Positions 1 to 6,813 of a DNA stretch of 19,702 nucleotides are shown one piece after another. Origin of the DNA: Candidatus Hadarchaeales archaeon (GTDB taxonomy: Archaea > Hadarchaeota > Hadarchaeia > Hadarchaeales > Hadarchaeaceae); assembly GCA_038872135.1 (NCBI GenBank), contig JAVZGN010000019.1, positions 1 to 19,702 on the forward strand. Direction: 5' to 3'. The stretch's first letter is position 1. Every line of letters starts with the position of its first letter. The translations under genes were made by a program, and so were the position numbers. The notes under the pieces were generated by a model that saw nothing but the letters and a program-made list of their open reading frames with translations, was not told the DNA's origin and searched no databases.

Positions 1-591
1 CAGACAACCCCGCTGGACACAAACGCAGGGGTGATTGCAAAACTTCTCTCAGATCTCCCATTCAAACCGAGGCTGCTCCTCCTTCATCGTGGATTCTATT
101 CTACGGAGGTCATTTTGGCCTTGAAATGGAGAAAAATCCACTTTCTAATGCCAGCTCCGAGGACGCCCGGCATCAAGCGGGCGTGCAGGGCCTTTGAGAG
201 TGGAGAGCTTCCGGCCACCATCGAATACCGGCTAAAGGGGCGGAAAGGAGATGTGAAGGTCTGGCTAGCATTTCTGCGCAAGAGAACAAAAGATGGGATA
301 CAGACATTTGTGTTTATCAGCGATCTCCAATTTGACCCAAAAACTGCTGCCAGCATCTACAGCAAGCGGTGGCGCATTGAAACAAACAACAGGGAGCTGA
401 AGCACTTCCTCGCCCGCACCACCACAAGAGACATGAAGATCAGGCGCATTTACTATGGACTTGCAGCCCTCCTCTACAACATTTGGATAGCGATGAGGCA
501 TGCTTTAGAGAAGCTGACCGAGTTCAAGAAAGCGATGCTAAACAGCCTCGTATGCCCGGATGAAGAGAACGCCTCCCTATCACCAGGATAG
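1..591 (+). CDS. ISH3/IS4-superfamily DDE transposase, 5'-truncated by the window edge, probably inactive
   Basis: Frame is open from base 1. It has the Y-x2-R-x3-E-x6-K motif (YSKRWRIETNNRELK) and a C-terminal LLYNIW. The expected D-R-G-F motif reads LHRGF, so a catalytic Asp appears replaced by His. Confidence 0.85.
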   Translation, partial: QTTPLDTNAGVIAKLLSDLPFKPRLLLLHRGFYSTEVILALKWRKIHFLMPAPRTPGIKRACRAFESGELPATIEYRLKGRKGDVKVWLAFLRKRTKDGIQTFVFISDLQFDPKTAASIYSKRWRIETNNRELKHFLARTTTRDMKIRRIYYGLAALLYNIWIAMRHALEKLTEFKKAMLNSLVCPDEENASLSPG

Positions 592-778
592 CGCTCTCCT
601 TTATCCGGCAACGAGGCATCGAAACCTCAGTGGTAGATAAGTTCAATGCCGATTAAAGCTTGCTGAATAACCGGCTCAGGCTCAAAATCGGTTGCGAATC
701 TCTGGTTTTTGATGCTTGCAGAGGATCTGCTATGGGTCCTCTTGGGGGTTCCATCTGGATGTACTTACGGGAGTACTG
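1..778 (+). mobile_element. ISH3-family IS, right part; terminus GGGAGTACTG ends at 778
   Basis: Transposase plus 3' non-coding end. The terminus reads CAGTAC on the reverse strand, as I recall for ISH3 ends. Homology to the copies at ~7400-7475 and 19594-19702 stops at about this base. Confidence 0.8.
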
Positions 779-785
779 GCATGTC

Positions 786-832
786 AGAAAGGTTTATAAA
801 AGTTATCAGATATCTTATTAGTGATATCTGAT
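786..832 (+). promoter_or_regulatory. Archaeal BRE/TATA promoter followed by a perfect 10-bp inverted repeat (candidate operator)
   Basis: GAAAGG then TTTATAAA (793-800), followed by ATCAGATATC (805-814), an 8-nt spacer and GATATCTGAT (823-832). A homologous block lies at 7081-7137. Confidence 0.65.
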
Positions 833-924
833 GTCTACAACAATGAGCCATTGCTTCGAAAAAGACCAAAAAAACAACAAAATTGGTTCTATTAGGTATG
901 CAAGATGGATTGGAAGGACCATAT

Positions 925-2019
925 ATGTCGCCTAAGGGGAGAGTTTTGGACTTGTTTTGCGGAGCAGGGGGGTTTTCACTAGGCTTCGCGATGGCGGGGT
1001 TTAAGATTGTAGGTGGTGTTGATAATTGGAGTGCCGCGATAGAAACCTTTTCTATAAACCACAATTGTCCTTGCCTCAAGGCAGATATAACCCGTCTCTC
1101 GGCCCATCATATCTTTAGAGAATTCGGCGACATTGATGTCCTTGTGGGTGGTCCTCCGTGTCAAGGCTTTTCCACCGCTGGCAAAAGAGCTTTAGACGAT
1201 CCCAGAAATAAACTGGTTGGAGAATTCCTTAGGTTAGTCCTCCAAATTAGACCTAGGGCCTTCGTCATGGAAAATGTGGAAGGGTTCGCCAATTTCTGTA
1301 AGGGTGAGCTAGTGGCGGAAGTAGTCGAGAAAGTGGAACAGGCGGGCTATCTCGTGGTCTGTGGCTGTTTAAACTCGGTCAACTACGGTGTCCCCCAGCG
1401 GAGAAAGAGATTTTTCGTGATAGGGTCGGTTGAAAGAAGACCTAGGTTGCCCAGACCCACCCACTGGAATGGGAAGGGGGACCTGTACACATACTTGCTC
1501 GAGCGCCCTTTAACTTTTCTCGATGCCACCTCCGACTTGCCACTAATCGGACCAGGAGAGAGAGCCAATGAGTATGCCTCGCCCCCAAAAACTCCATATC
1601 AGCGGCTCATGCGTGATGGCTCCACTCTACTCACACTTCACGAAGCTCCTGCTCACACAAACAAAATGGTAAAGCTCTTAGAATTAATACCCCCGGGAAA
1701 ATCTGCTTTTGACATCTTGGACCAAATACCCATCCACCTAAGACCAACTACCGGGTACCCTAATTCGTATAAACGCATTCTTCCGGACGAGCCAGCCCCT
1801 ACTATCACGAGAAATTTTACAACACCCTCCTCGGCGAACTGTGTGCATCCATTCGTCCCCAGAGCCTTGACACTTCGAGAAGGAGCGAGATTGCAGAGTT
1901 TTCCCGACACTTTCAAGTTCGTGGGTTCTTTCACCGATAAGCGACTGTTGATTGGTAATGCCGTGCCTCCCCTCTTGGCCAAAGCTGTGGCTGAAGAAAC
2001 TGGGAGAGCGATTGGTTGA
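925..2019 (+). CDS. DNA (cytosine-5)-methyltransferase
   Basis: Motifs in order: I (DLFCGAGG), IV (GGPPCQGFS), VI (ENV), VIII (QRRKR), IX (RALTLREGARLQSFP), X (GNAVPP). ATG at 925 is preferred over TTG at 883 because GGAAGGA precedes it and motif I follows directly. Confidence 0.96.
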   Translation: MSPKGRVLDLFCGAGGFSLGFAMAGFKIVGGVDNWSAAIETFSINHNCPCLKADITRLSAHHIFREFGDIDVLVGGPPCQGFSTAGKRALDDPRNKLVGEFLRLVLQIRPRAFVMENVEGFANFCKGELVAEVVEKVEQAGYLVVCGCLNSVNYGVPQRRKRFFVIGSVERRPRLPRPTHWNGKGDLYTYLLERPLTFLDATSDLPLIGPGERANEYASPPKTPYQRLMRDGSTLLTLHEAPAHTNKMVKLLELIPPGKSAFDILDQIPIHLRPTTGYPNSYKRILPDEPAPTITRNFTTPSSANCVHPFVPRALTLREGARLQSFPDTFKFVGSFTDKRLLIGNAVPPLLAKAVAEETGRAIG

Positions 2020-2672
2020 TCGAATCCAATTTCGCCGAAACAATAGTGAAGTGGGCACGGACAGACAATCTTCGAGATTTTCCTTGGAGAAGAGAACACA
2101 GGGCTTGGGCGATTGCGGTTGCAGAGATTTTACTTGCGCGGGCACCTGCCAATAGAGTACTCCCAATTTATAACGAAATTTTGCTAAGATTTCGAGATCC
2201 TAGTCAACTGGCTAACGCGAGTGTAAGAGAACTTACCCGCATACTTCGACCTTTGGGACTCCAAGCAAAAAAGGCTATACAACTGAAAACACTAGCTACC
2301 CTTTTTGCTCAACCACTCCCCAGAGAAGTTCTCGTAGAAGAACTTAAAACCGTACCTGGCATGGGTCCATACTCTTACCATGCAACACTTTTGTTTGCGT
2401 TGGGAATCGTACGACCGATGGTAGATGCCAATATCAAGAGGGTACTGATGAGATATTTCGGAACTAGTGAAAAAGAAAACTTTAACCTGCTTGTGGAGAG
2501 ATTCATGCCTAAAGATCCTCAAGCTGCAAGATTGTTTTTTTACGGAGTGCTCGATCTTGCAGCTCTCTTTTGCAAGAAGAAACCCAACTGTGAAAACTGT
2601 CCACTCTCGGAAGGGTGCTCTCATCGTGATAAAGTTCAGCACTTGAAAGCTAGGACAAACCTAAATGGCTAG
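2016..2672 (+). CDS. HhH-GPD DNA glycosylase with Fe-S cluster loop, MIG (T/G mismatch glycosylase)/MutY-like
   Basis: RDFPWR, EILLxR, helix-hairpin-helix VPGMGPY (Tyr at the position where EndoIII has its lyase Lys), MVDAN with the catalytic Asp, RYFG and four C-terminal Cys. The TTG start overlaps the methyltransferase stop (TTGA). Confidence 0.9.
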   Translation: MIESNFAETIVKWARTDNLRDFPWRREHRAWAIAVAEILLARAPANRVLPIYNEILLRFRDPSQLANASVRELTRILRPLGLQAKKAIQLKTLATLFAQPLPREVLVEELKTVPGMGPYSYHATLLFALGIVRPMVDANIKRVLMRYFGTSEKENFNLLVERFMPKDPQAARLFFYGVLDLAALFCKKKPNCENCPLSEGCSHRDKVQHLKARTNLNG

Positions 2673-3445
2673 GGATTATCAGATACTCTCAATATTTCCA
2701 GAGCCCTTTCAGGTAGTTCTTCGCGGAGTGAAAACAGCTCGACTTCTGACCTAGAGATTGTAAAGACTTTTTTACCCCCCCAGTTAGGGTTTGGAGTTGG
2801 CCGTTTTCCCTCGAAAAATTTTGGATCCAACAAGAAATATCGGTCGTTTGGAATTATCACCCACATGTAAATGATGTCCCCTTCTTTAAGCGCCCTTTTT
2901 ATTTTGGTCTCTTTCATGTCGAACGAATCCCTTTCTTCACGAGCCATTTGCAATTCTATGCGCTTAGATTTACCGGACACAGAGTACTTAAAATCGGGGC
3001 GAGTCGTAATTTTTGAGGGATTCTCCCACTCGATTACCCTATCCTTGTCGGTGCCGACAAGACTTATTTGCACATCGGGGAATGCTTTCTTCAACCGAGG
3101 AGACAACCAACCCTTATAAATTATATCCTCTACTAGCCAGCCATCGATCAAATCATAAATATACTCCTCGTCTGTGCGCCTGTTGCGAAAAAAGCTTGGA
3201 AGCCCCACACGACCCCCACTTCGAATATGGAGTAGGGCCTCGTCTAGTTTTTTCTCGTAAAATTCAATTAATTCCGAGACTATCCTCTCTTCCACCTGCC
3301 ATCGAATTGGTACTCCCTTATATTTCTCCCTGAAAGGTCGCCTAGCTTCTCCCGTAAAAGGCCATTCCCTCACATATCTCGGTAGGTTGCCGGGAGTTAT
3401 AAAGATTCTGTCACCAACTTCGGCGAGTTCTTCAGTAGAACGCAT
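2669..3445 (-). CDS. Putative type II restriction endonuclease (PD-(D/E)xK-like)
   Basis: GWLVEDII...TTRPDFKY...RIELQM gives an E...PD...ExQ pattern. The gene converges on the methyltransferase operon and the two stop codons overlap in CTAG (2669-2672). ATG at 3445 chosen because the upstream in-frame part runs into a pseudogene. Confidence 0.65.
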   Translation of the reverse strand: MRSTEELAEVGDRIFITPGNLPRYVREWPFTGEARRPFREKYKGVPIRWQVEERIVSELIEFYEKKLDEALLHIRSGGRVGLPSFFRNRRTDEEYIYDLIDGWLVEDIIYKGWLSPRLKKAFPDVQISLVGTDKDRVIEWENPSKITTRPDFKYSVSGKSKRIELQMAREERDSFDMKETKIKRALKEGDIIYMWVIIPNDRYFLLDPKFFEGKRPTPNPNWGGKKVFTISRSEVELFSLREELPERALEILRVSDNP

Positions 3446-3479
3446 ATGCCTGCTCTCTTCGGGGGATTTGGAGTAAACA

Positions 3480-3721
3480 AGCGGCCCCACTCCACTCCAC
3501 CAGTCCCGCCCACTCCGGCCCCAGCACAGTGTTGGGTATCTCCTCCGAGTAGAGCCCCCCTAAGGTACGGCAGGAAGCGGTAGAGAGGGAGCCCATGCCC
3601 ATCTCCCTCTTGAGGAGGAAGAGCTCTTGTAGCCTCACACTTCCTCCACCGTCCCACCCACAGCATAGAGGATAACTAGGATCGGCCTTTCCCTCTCCCC
3701 GCTGTGTTTCCCCTTCTTCAC
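3480..3721 (-). pseudogene. Frameshifted Panacea/SocA/YwgA-like domain remnant
   Basis: Consecutive pieces in different frames, ILVILYAVGG / RLQELFLLKRE / LYRFLPY / GLYSEEI...GLVEW, rebuild the RLQKxxFL...YxFxPYxxGPYSxE...GLV pattern. Confidence 0.55.
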
Positions 3722-3975
3722 CGACTTGGAAACCGCAGAGGCCTCCAGCTTGAGGATGGCCGCCCTCTTCCTCCCTCCGGGGTGAATTTAAGCATCTTCC
3801 TGAAGGGCCACTCCTTGGACTCTCTCTTCTGGATCAGACCCTCCTTTATGAGTTCCTTGAGCGCATTTCCGCCGTTAGGAAACTCTACCTCGGCCTGAAG
3901 CCCCCTGAGATGCTTCGGCCGCTCGAGCAAGCTGAGGAGAATCCCCGGTGTCTCGCTTCTCCTCAATCTGTACAT
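3718..3975 (-). CDS. Winged helix-turn-helix protein (HxlR/MarR-like), possibly frameshifted at its C-terminus
   Basis: ILLSLLERPKHLRGLQAEV...ALKELIKEGLIQKRE...RKMLKFTPEG matches the wHTH pattern LxxLxxxGLI...LTxxG. Confidence 0.65.
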   Translation of the reverse strand: MYRLRRSETPGILLSLLERPKHLRGLQAEVEFPNGGNALKELIKEGLIQKRESKEWPFRKMLKFTPEGGRGRPSSSWRPLRFPSR

Positions 3976-3985
3976 CCAAGGAGTG

Positions 3986-4321
3986 TCAAAGGTATTTGCT
4001 AATCTTGCTCTTGGGCACAAGCACGATATTGCCTCCTGAAAGAGTTCTAATCGAGTAACTTATCACAATATTCGCTTGAAAGCAGGCATTATTTTTCTTT
4101 GACGAGTACCTACTTCCCCATATTATGCTAGCCCAAGCAGGTTTAGTAGCCCTGCCCATAAGTGGATTCTCCAGTAATTGTCCACTTCTACTTTCCGCCT
4201 TACCAAAACTTGTACGAATCCTCCTCTGAAACTCGAACCGCGCATCTTTGGGAATCGTTGCATAGTGGCATACTCTTTCTGACACCCACAGCCTTTTTCT
4301 GAACACTATCTCTTCTGCCAT
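3986..4321 (-). CDS. Hypothetical ORF with a weakly AbrB/MazE-like N-terminus, probably degraded
   Basis: FRKRLWVSERVCHYATIPKD resembles the AbrB beta-hairpin TIPK motif. TTTAAA lies about 21-27 nt upstream of the ATG on the minus strand. The rest of the ORF is unrecognisable. Confidence 0.3.
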   Translation of the reverse strand: MAEEIVFRKRLWVSERVCHYATIPKDARFEFQRRIRTSFGKAESRSGQLLENPLMGRATKPAWASIIWGSRYSSKKNNACFQANIVISYSIRTLSGGNIVLVPKSKISKYL

Positions 4322-4459
4322 GCTTGAGTTCTGTATCTGGATTTAAATTTTACAACCTCGGCTTTGATGACATGTCGAGTTTCTCGCTTTAGCCAGTTCC
4401 GCCTCCATAAACCATCGATAAAGGAGGCGGTAAAATGTGCCTCTGGAGGTGAGGAAAGA

Positions 4460-5438
4460 ATGAAGTACATAGGGCTGGATGTCCACAAACACACTTGCCA
4501 TGCGACGGTGATGGATGAAACCGGACGAATAGTGAAGCAGGAGAGGTTCAGGAACGCATGTGAGGAATACGAGCTGTTCTTCAGAGACATCCCGGAGGCC
4601 AAGGTCGCGATGGAAGCAAGCTACTGCTGACAGCCAGTGTACGATGTGCTGGAGGCGATCGGCCACGAGGTAAAGCTGGCTCATCCGAAGAAGACGCGCA
4701 TCATCGCAGAGGCGATGATAAAAACGGATGCCAAGGACTCGGAGACCCTAGCCCATCTGCTCCGGAGCAACCTTCTCCCGACTTCTTGGGTACCCCCAAA
4801 GGAGACAAGGGACCTCAGGGAACTCGTCAGGATCAGGACATACCTAGTCAGGGAGCAGACGAGGTTCAAGAATAAATTCGCGCGGAACTCGCGAAGAGGG
4901 GTATAGTTTTCTCGGCGAGTCCGTTCGCCAAAAAGCGGAGGCAGCTTCTGACGGAGTTCGGCATTCCGACCCTAAACGAGTGTTTAGCGGTTCTGGGCGC
5001 ACTGGGACGGCGTATCCGAGAGATCTCAAAGGAGATAGAGCGTAAGGCCGAGGAGAGCGAGGACGCGAGGATGCTCATGAGCATTCCAGGGATAGGCCAC
5101 TTCTCAGCACTGGTGGTCCTGGCGGAGATGGGGACATCTCGAGGTTCCCGGACCCGGAGAAACTATGCAGCTACGCTGGCCTTGTTCCGTCGGTGCACCA
5201 GTCGGATTCAACGGTGAGACACGGACACATAACCAAGGAAGGAAGCAAGATGCTCAGGTGGGTTCTGCTGGAGTGTCTCTGGTCGCACCTGCGGTACGAC
5301 ACGCACATCACGAGGTTCTACCATCGGCCGGCGCGCAAGAAGGGCAAGAAAGTTGCAGCAGTCGCTGCGGCGCGGAAGCTACTCGTGGCCATCTACTGGA
5401 TGCTCAGAAAACGGGAGGAGTTTCACGCTCGACCGTAA
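4460..5438 (+). pseudogene. IS110 DEDD recombinase/transposase, disrupted
   Basis: YIGLDVHK, AMEA, KTDAKD, SIPGIG, SYAGLVPSVHQS, ITKEGS and VAAARKLL are all present, with GGAGGTGA upstream. There is an in-frame TGA at 4628-4630 and frameshifts near 4875-4878 and near 5130-5133. Confidence 0.93.
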
Positions 5439-5441
5439 ATC

Positions 5442-5564
5442 GGGGCGGGGGTACCTCGATTCAGAACATGCGGCTTTGAGCGCGCGGCTTTGATTGAGGG
5501 CCCTTCAAGCGCAAAACCATAGTACGGCTTAGACCGTGGATAGGTGTGTGCGCTCCGCCGCCCC
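5442..5564 (+). ncRNA. Putative bridge/seek RNA of the IS1111-type element
   Basis: A closing stem GGGGCGG/CCGCCCC encloses two hairpins with internal loops. Loop 1 segments match the insertion target and a loop 2 segment matches the element end. Folding was done by eye and the boundaries are approximate. Confidence 0.75.
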
Positions 5565-5801
5565 ATCTTTAAAAGAGGAAGCTCGAGATAAAAATGGAGC
5601 GCGGAACTAAACGCGGAAACTCAACATAGGTGTTCTGAACTCGGGAGATGTGTAGCGTAATTTTACTCCCCGGTATGTGTTTCGGCCGGAGATTCTGGAG
5701 GTTCTGAGTTCTTGCAGGCATCCTTATCAGCTCAAAGTTGCGAATCGGCCCCTGACGAATCTGCTCCCCACTACCCCAGCGCCGGCCGATGCGTCGGGAG
5801 A

Positions 5802-6656
5802 TCAGAGGCTGAGGAGCCTCAACCATGTGTTCCTTCCGAGATGCAGCTTGATCCCCGCGGCTGTTATGGGAGTGGTGCCGAAAGCCATGTGTGGCCTGAC
5901 GAAGTTGTAGAAAGCCCTGAACCCATCGAGCCATCGCTGTCCGGTCTCGCCCCGCTTGAACCCGCGCATAGTCTTCACGCGCATCCGCGTAGTCTGGATC
6001 TTCCGCTCCATGAGGTTTGTTTTCGGCAGACCTTCCCGATAGTGCAGATGCTGTTGGAGTTCGCACCGCCTCCAGCCCAGAAGCCACTTCCCGCCCTCGC
6101 GGTAGGCCTGGAGACCATCGGTGGAGAGAACACTCGGCCTTGCCCCGGCGTTTGTCAAGGCTTCTCCGAGCACCCTCTCGGCCTGCTCTGCCGTGTGCTG
6201 CCAGCCTTCGCTGATTTCGCCTGCCAGCCACAAGCGCGTGTCCGCATGCATGACCTCCCAGTCCCAGCCATCGCCGCCCACGCGCACATGCATCTCGTCT
6301 GCGCACCACTTCCCGGTGAGTAGAAGTCCGAGCTTTCGGAGAACCCCTCGCAGCAGTTCACCGAACCTCTGGGCCCACCTCCAAATGGAGGTCCAGGATG
6401 GTTGCCAGCGTGGATGATGGCGCTTGAAATGGCGTTCTGCCGCGCGCGTGGAGAGATCTTCAAAGTGTATGTCCACCGCTTGCGCCACGACTGATTTTGG
6501 GTACCAGAGACCCAAGGTTCCATCGTCTGGGACGAAACGACGCCTGCGGGTCTTGCAGAGCCAGCGCTGTTTGCGCTCAAAACGGTTATATCTCCATCCC
6601 GCCCTAACTGTATTTGCAGATTCACAGAATCTGCAGGCGGGGTGCTTCACCCACAT
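5802..6656 (-). CDS. IS6-family DDE transposase with N-terminal Zn ribbon
   Basis: CRFC...QRWLCKTR (fourth Cys replaced by Arg), HTH SWTSIWRW, WCADEMHV, LSTDGLQAY, TNLMER, RGFK and YNFVRPH. The exact start codon is uncertain. Confidence 0.9.
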   Translation of the reverse strand: MWVKHPACRFCESANTVRAGWRYNRFERKQRWLCKTRRRRFVPDDGTLGLWYPKSVVAQAVDIHFEDLSTRAAERHFKRHHPRWQPSWTSIWRWAQRFGELLRGVLRKLGLLLTGKWCADEMHVRVGGDGWDWEVMHADTRLWLAGEISEGWQHTAEQAERVLGEALTNAGARPSVLSTDGLQAYREGGKWLLGWRRCELQQHLHYREGLPKTNLMERKIQTTRMRVKTMRGFKRGETGQRWLDGFRAFYNFVRPHMAFGTTPITAAGIKLHLGRNTWLRLLSL

Positions 6657-6813
6657 CACCTTTCGGAGTCGTAGATGGCCCCCGCCTCTCACAGGCCATC
6701 AATTTTTCTATCATCTTTCACCACAATCCAGTTGGGGTGCGTCCAAAAAATCATTTCCCGAGTTTGAAACAGAGCCCAAACCTACCATCTCGAGATTTTA
6801 TGGTTATTAGCAA

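Larger units (their letters stand above)
4367..5632 (+). mobile_element. IS110-family element, IS1111 type, with sub-terminal inverted repeats
   Basis: TG core at both junctions (4365-4366 and 5631-5632). Sub-terminal repeats ATGTCGAGTTTC (4372-4383) and GAAACTCAACAT (5616-5627) match 11/12, with 7-nt and 3-nt spacing as known for IS1111. The right non-coding end is long. Confidence 0.88.
4360..6776 (-). mobile_element. IS6-family element whose downstream terminal inverted repeat is interrupted by an IS110 insertion
   Basis: The repeat at 6752-6776 reads GGCTCTGTTTCAAACTCGGGAAATG on the minus strand (IS6-type GG..CTGTT start). Joining 4360-4366 to 5633-5650 gives GGCTTTGTTCTGAACTCGGGAGATG, 20/25 identical with no gap. 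Confidence 0.8.

Noticed and set aside
592-778. Possible small ORF or structured RNA in the ISH3 3' end (cf. ORF 19475-19663)
   Set aside because: Differences between copies are mostly non-synonymous, and the GCAGA/TCTGC hairpin is broken in the second copy.
1700-1860. Assigning a recognition sequence from the methyltransferase target-recognition region
   Set aside because: I cannot match it reliably to a characterised enzyme without a REBASE search.
4352-4359. 8-bp target duplication for the IS6 element (ACAACCTC versus CAAACCTA at 6777-6784)
   Set aside because: Only 5/8 match, which fits decay or chance.
4628-4630. In-frame TGA as selenocysteine or programmed readthrough
   Set aside because: The position fits a Trp TGG-to-TGA change, and the gene also has two frameshifts.
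5568-5574. TTTAAAA as an outward promoter driving the recombinase after circularisation
   Set aside because: No purine-rich BRE precedes it, and the motif is too short to support alone.
5569-6323. Long alternative ORFs (246 aa minus, 203 aa plus) over the IS6 transposase
   Set aside because: Shadow frames of GC-rich coding DNA with no recognisable motifs.
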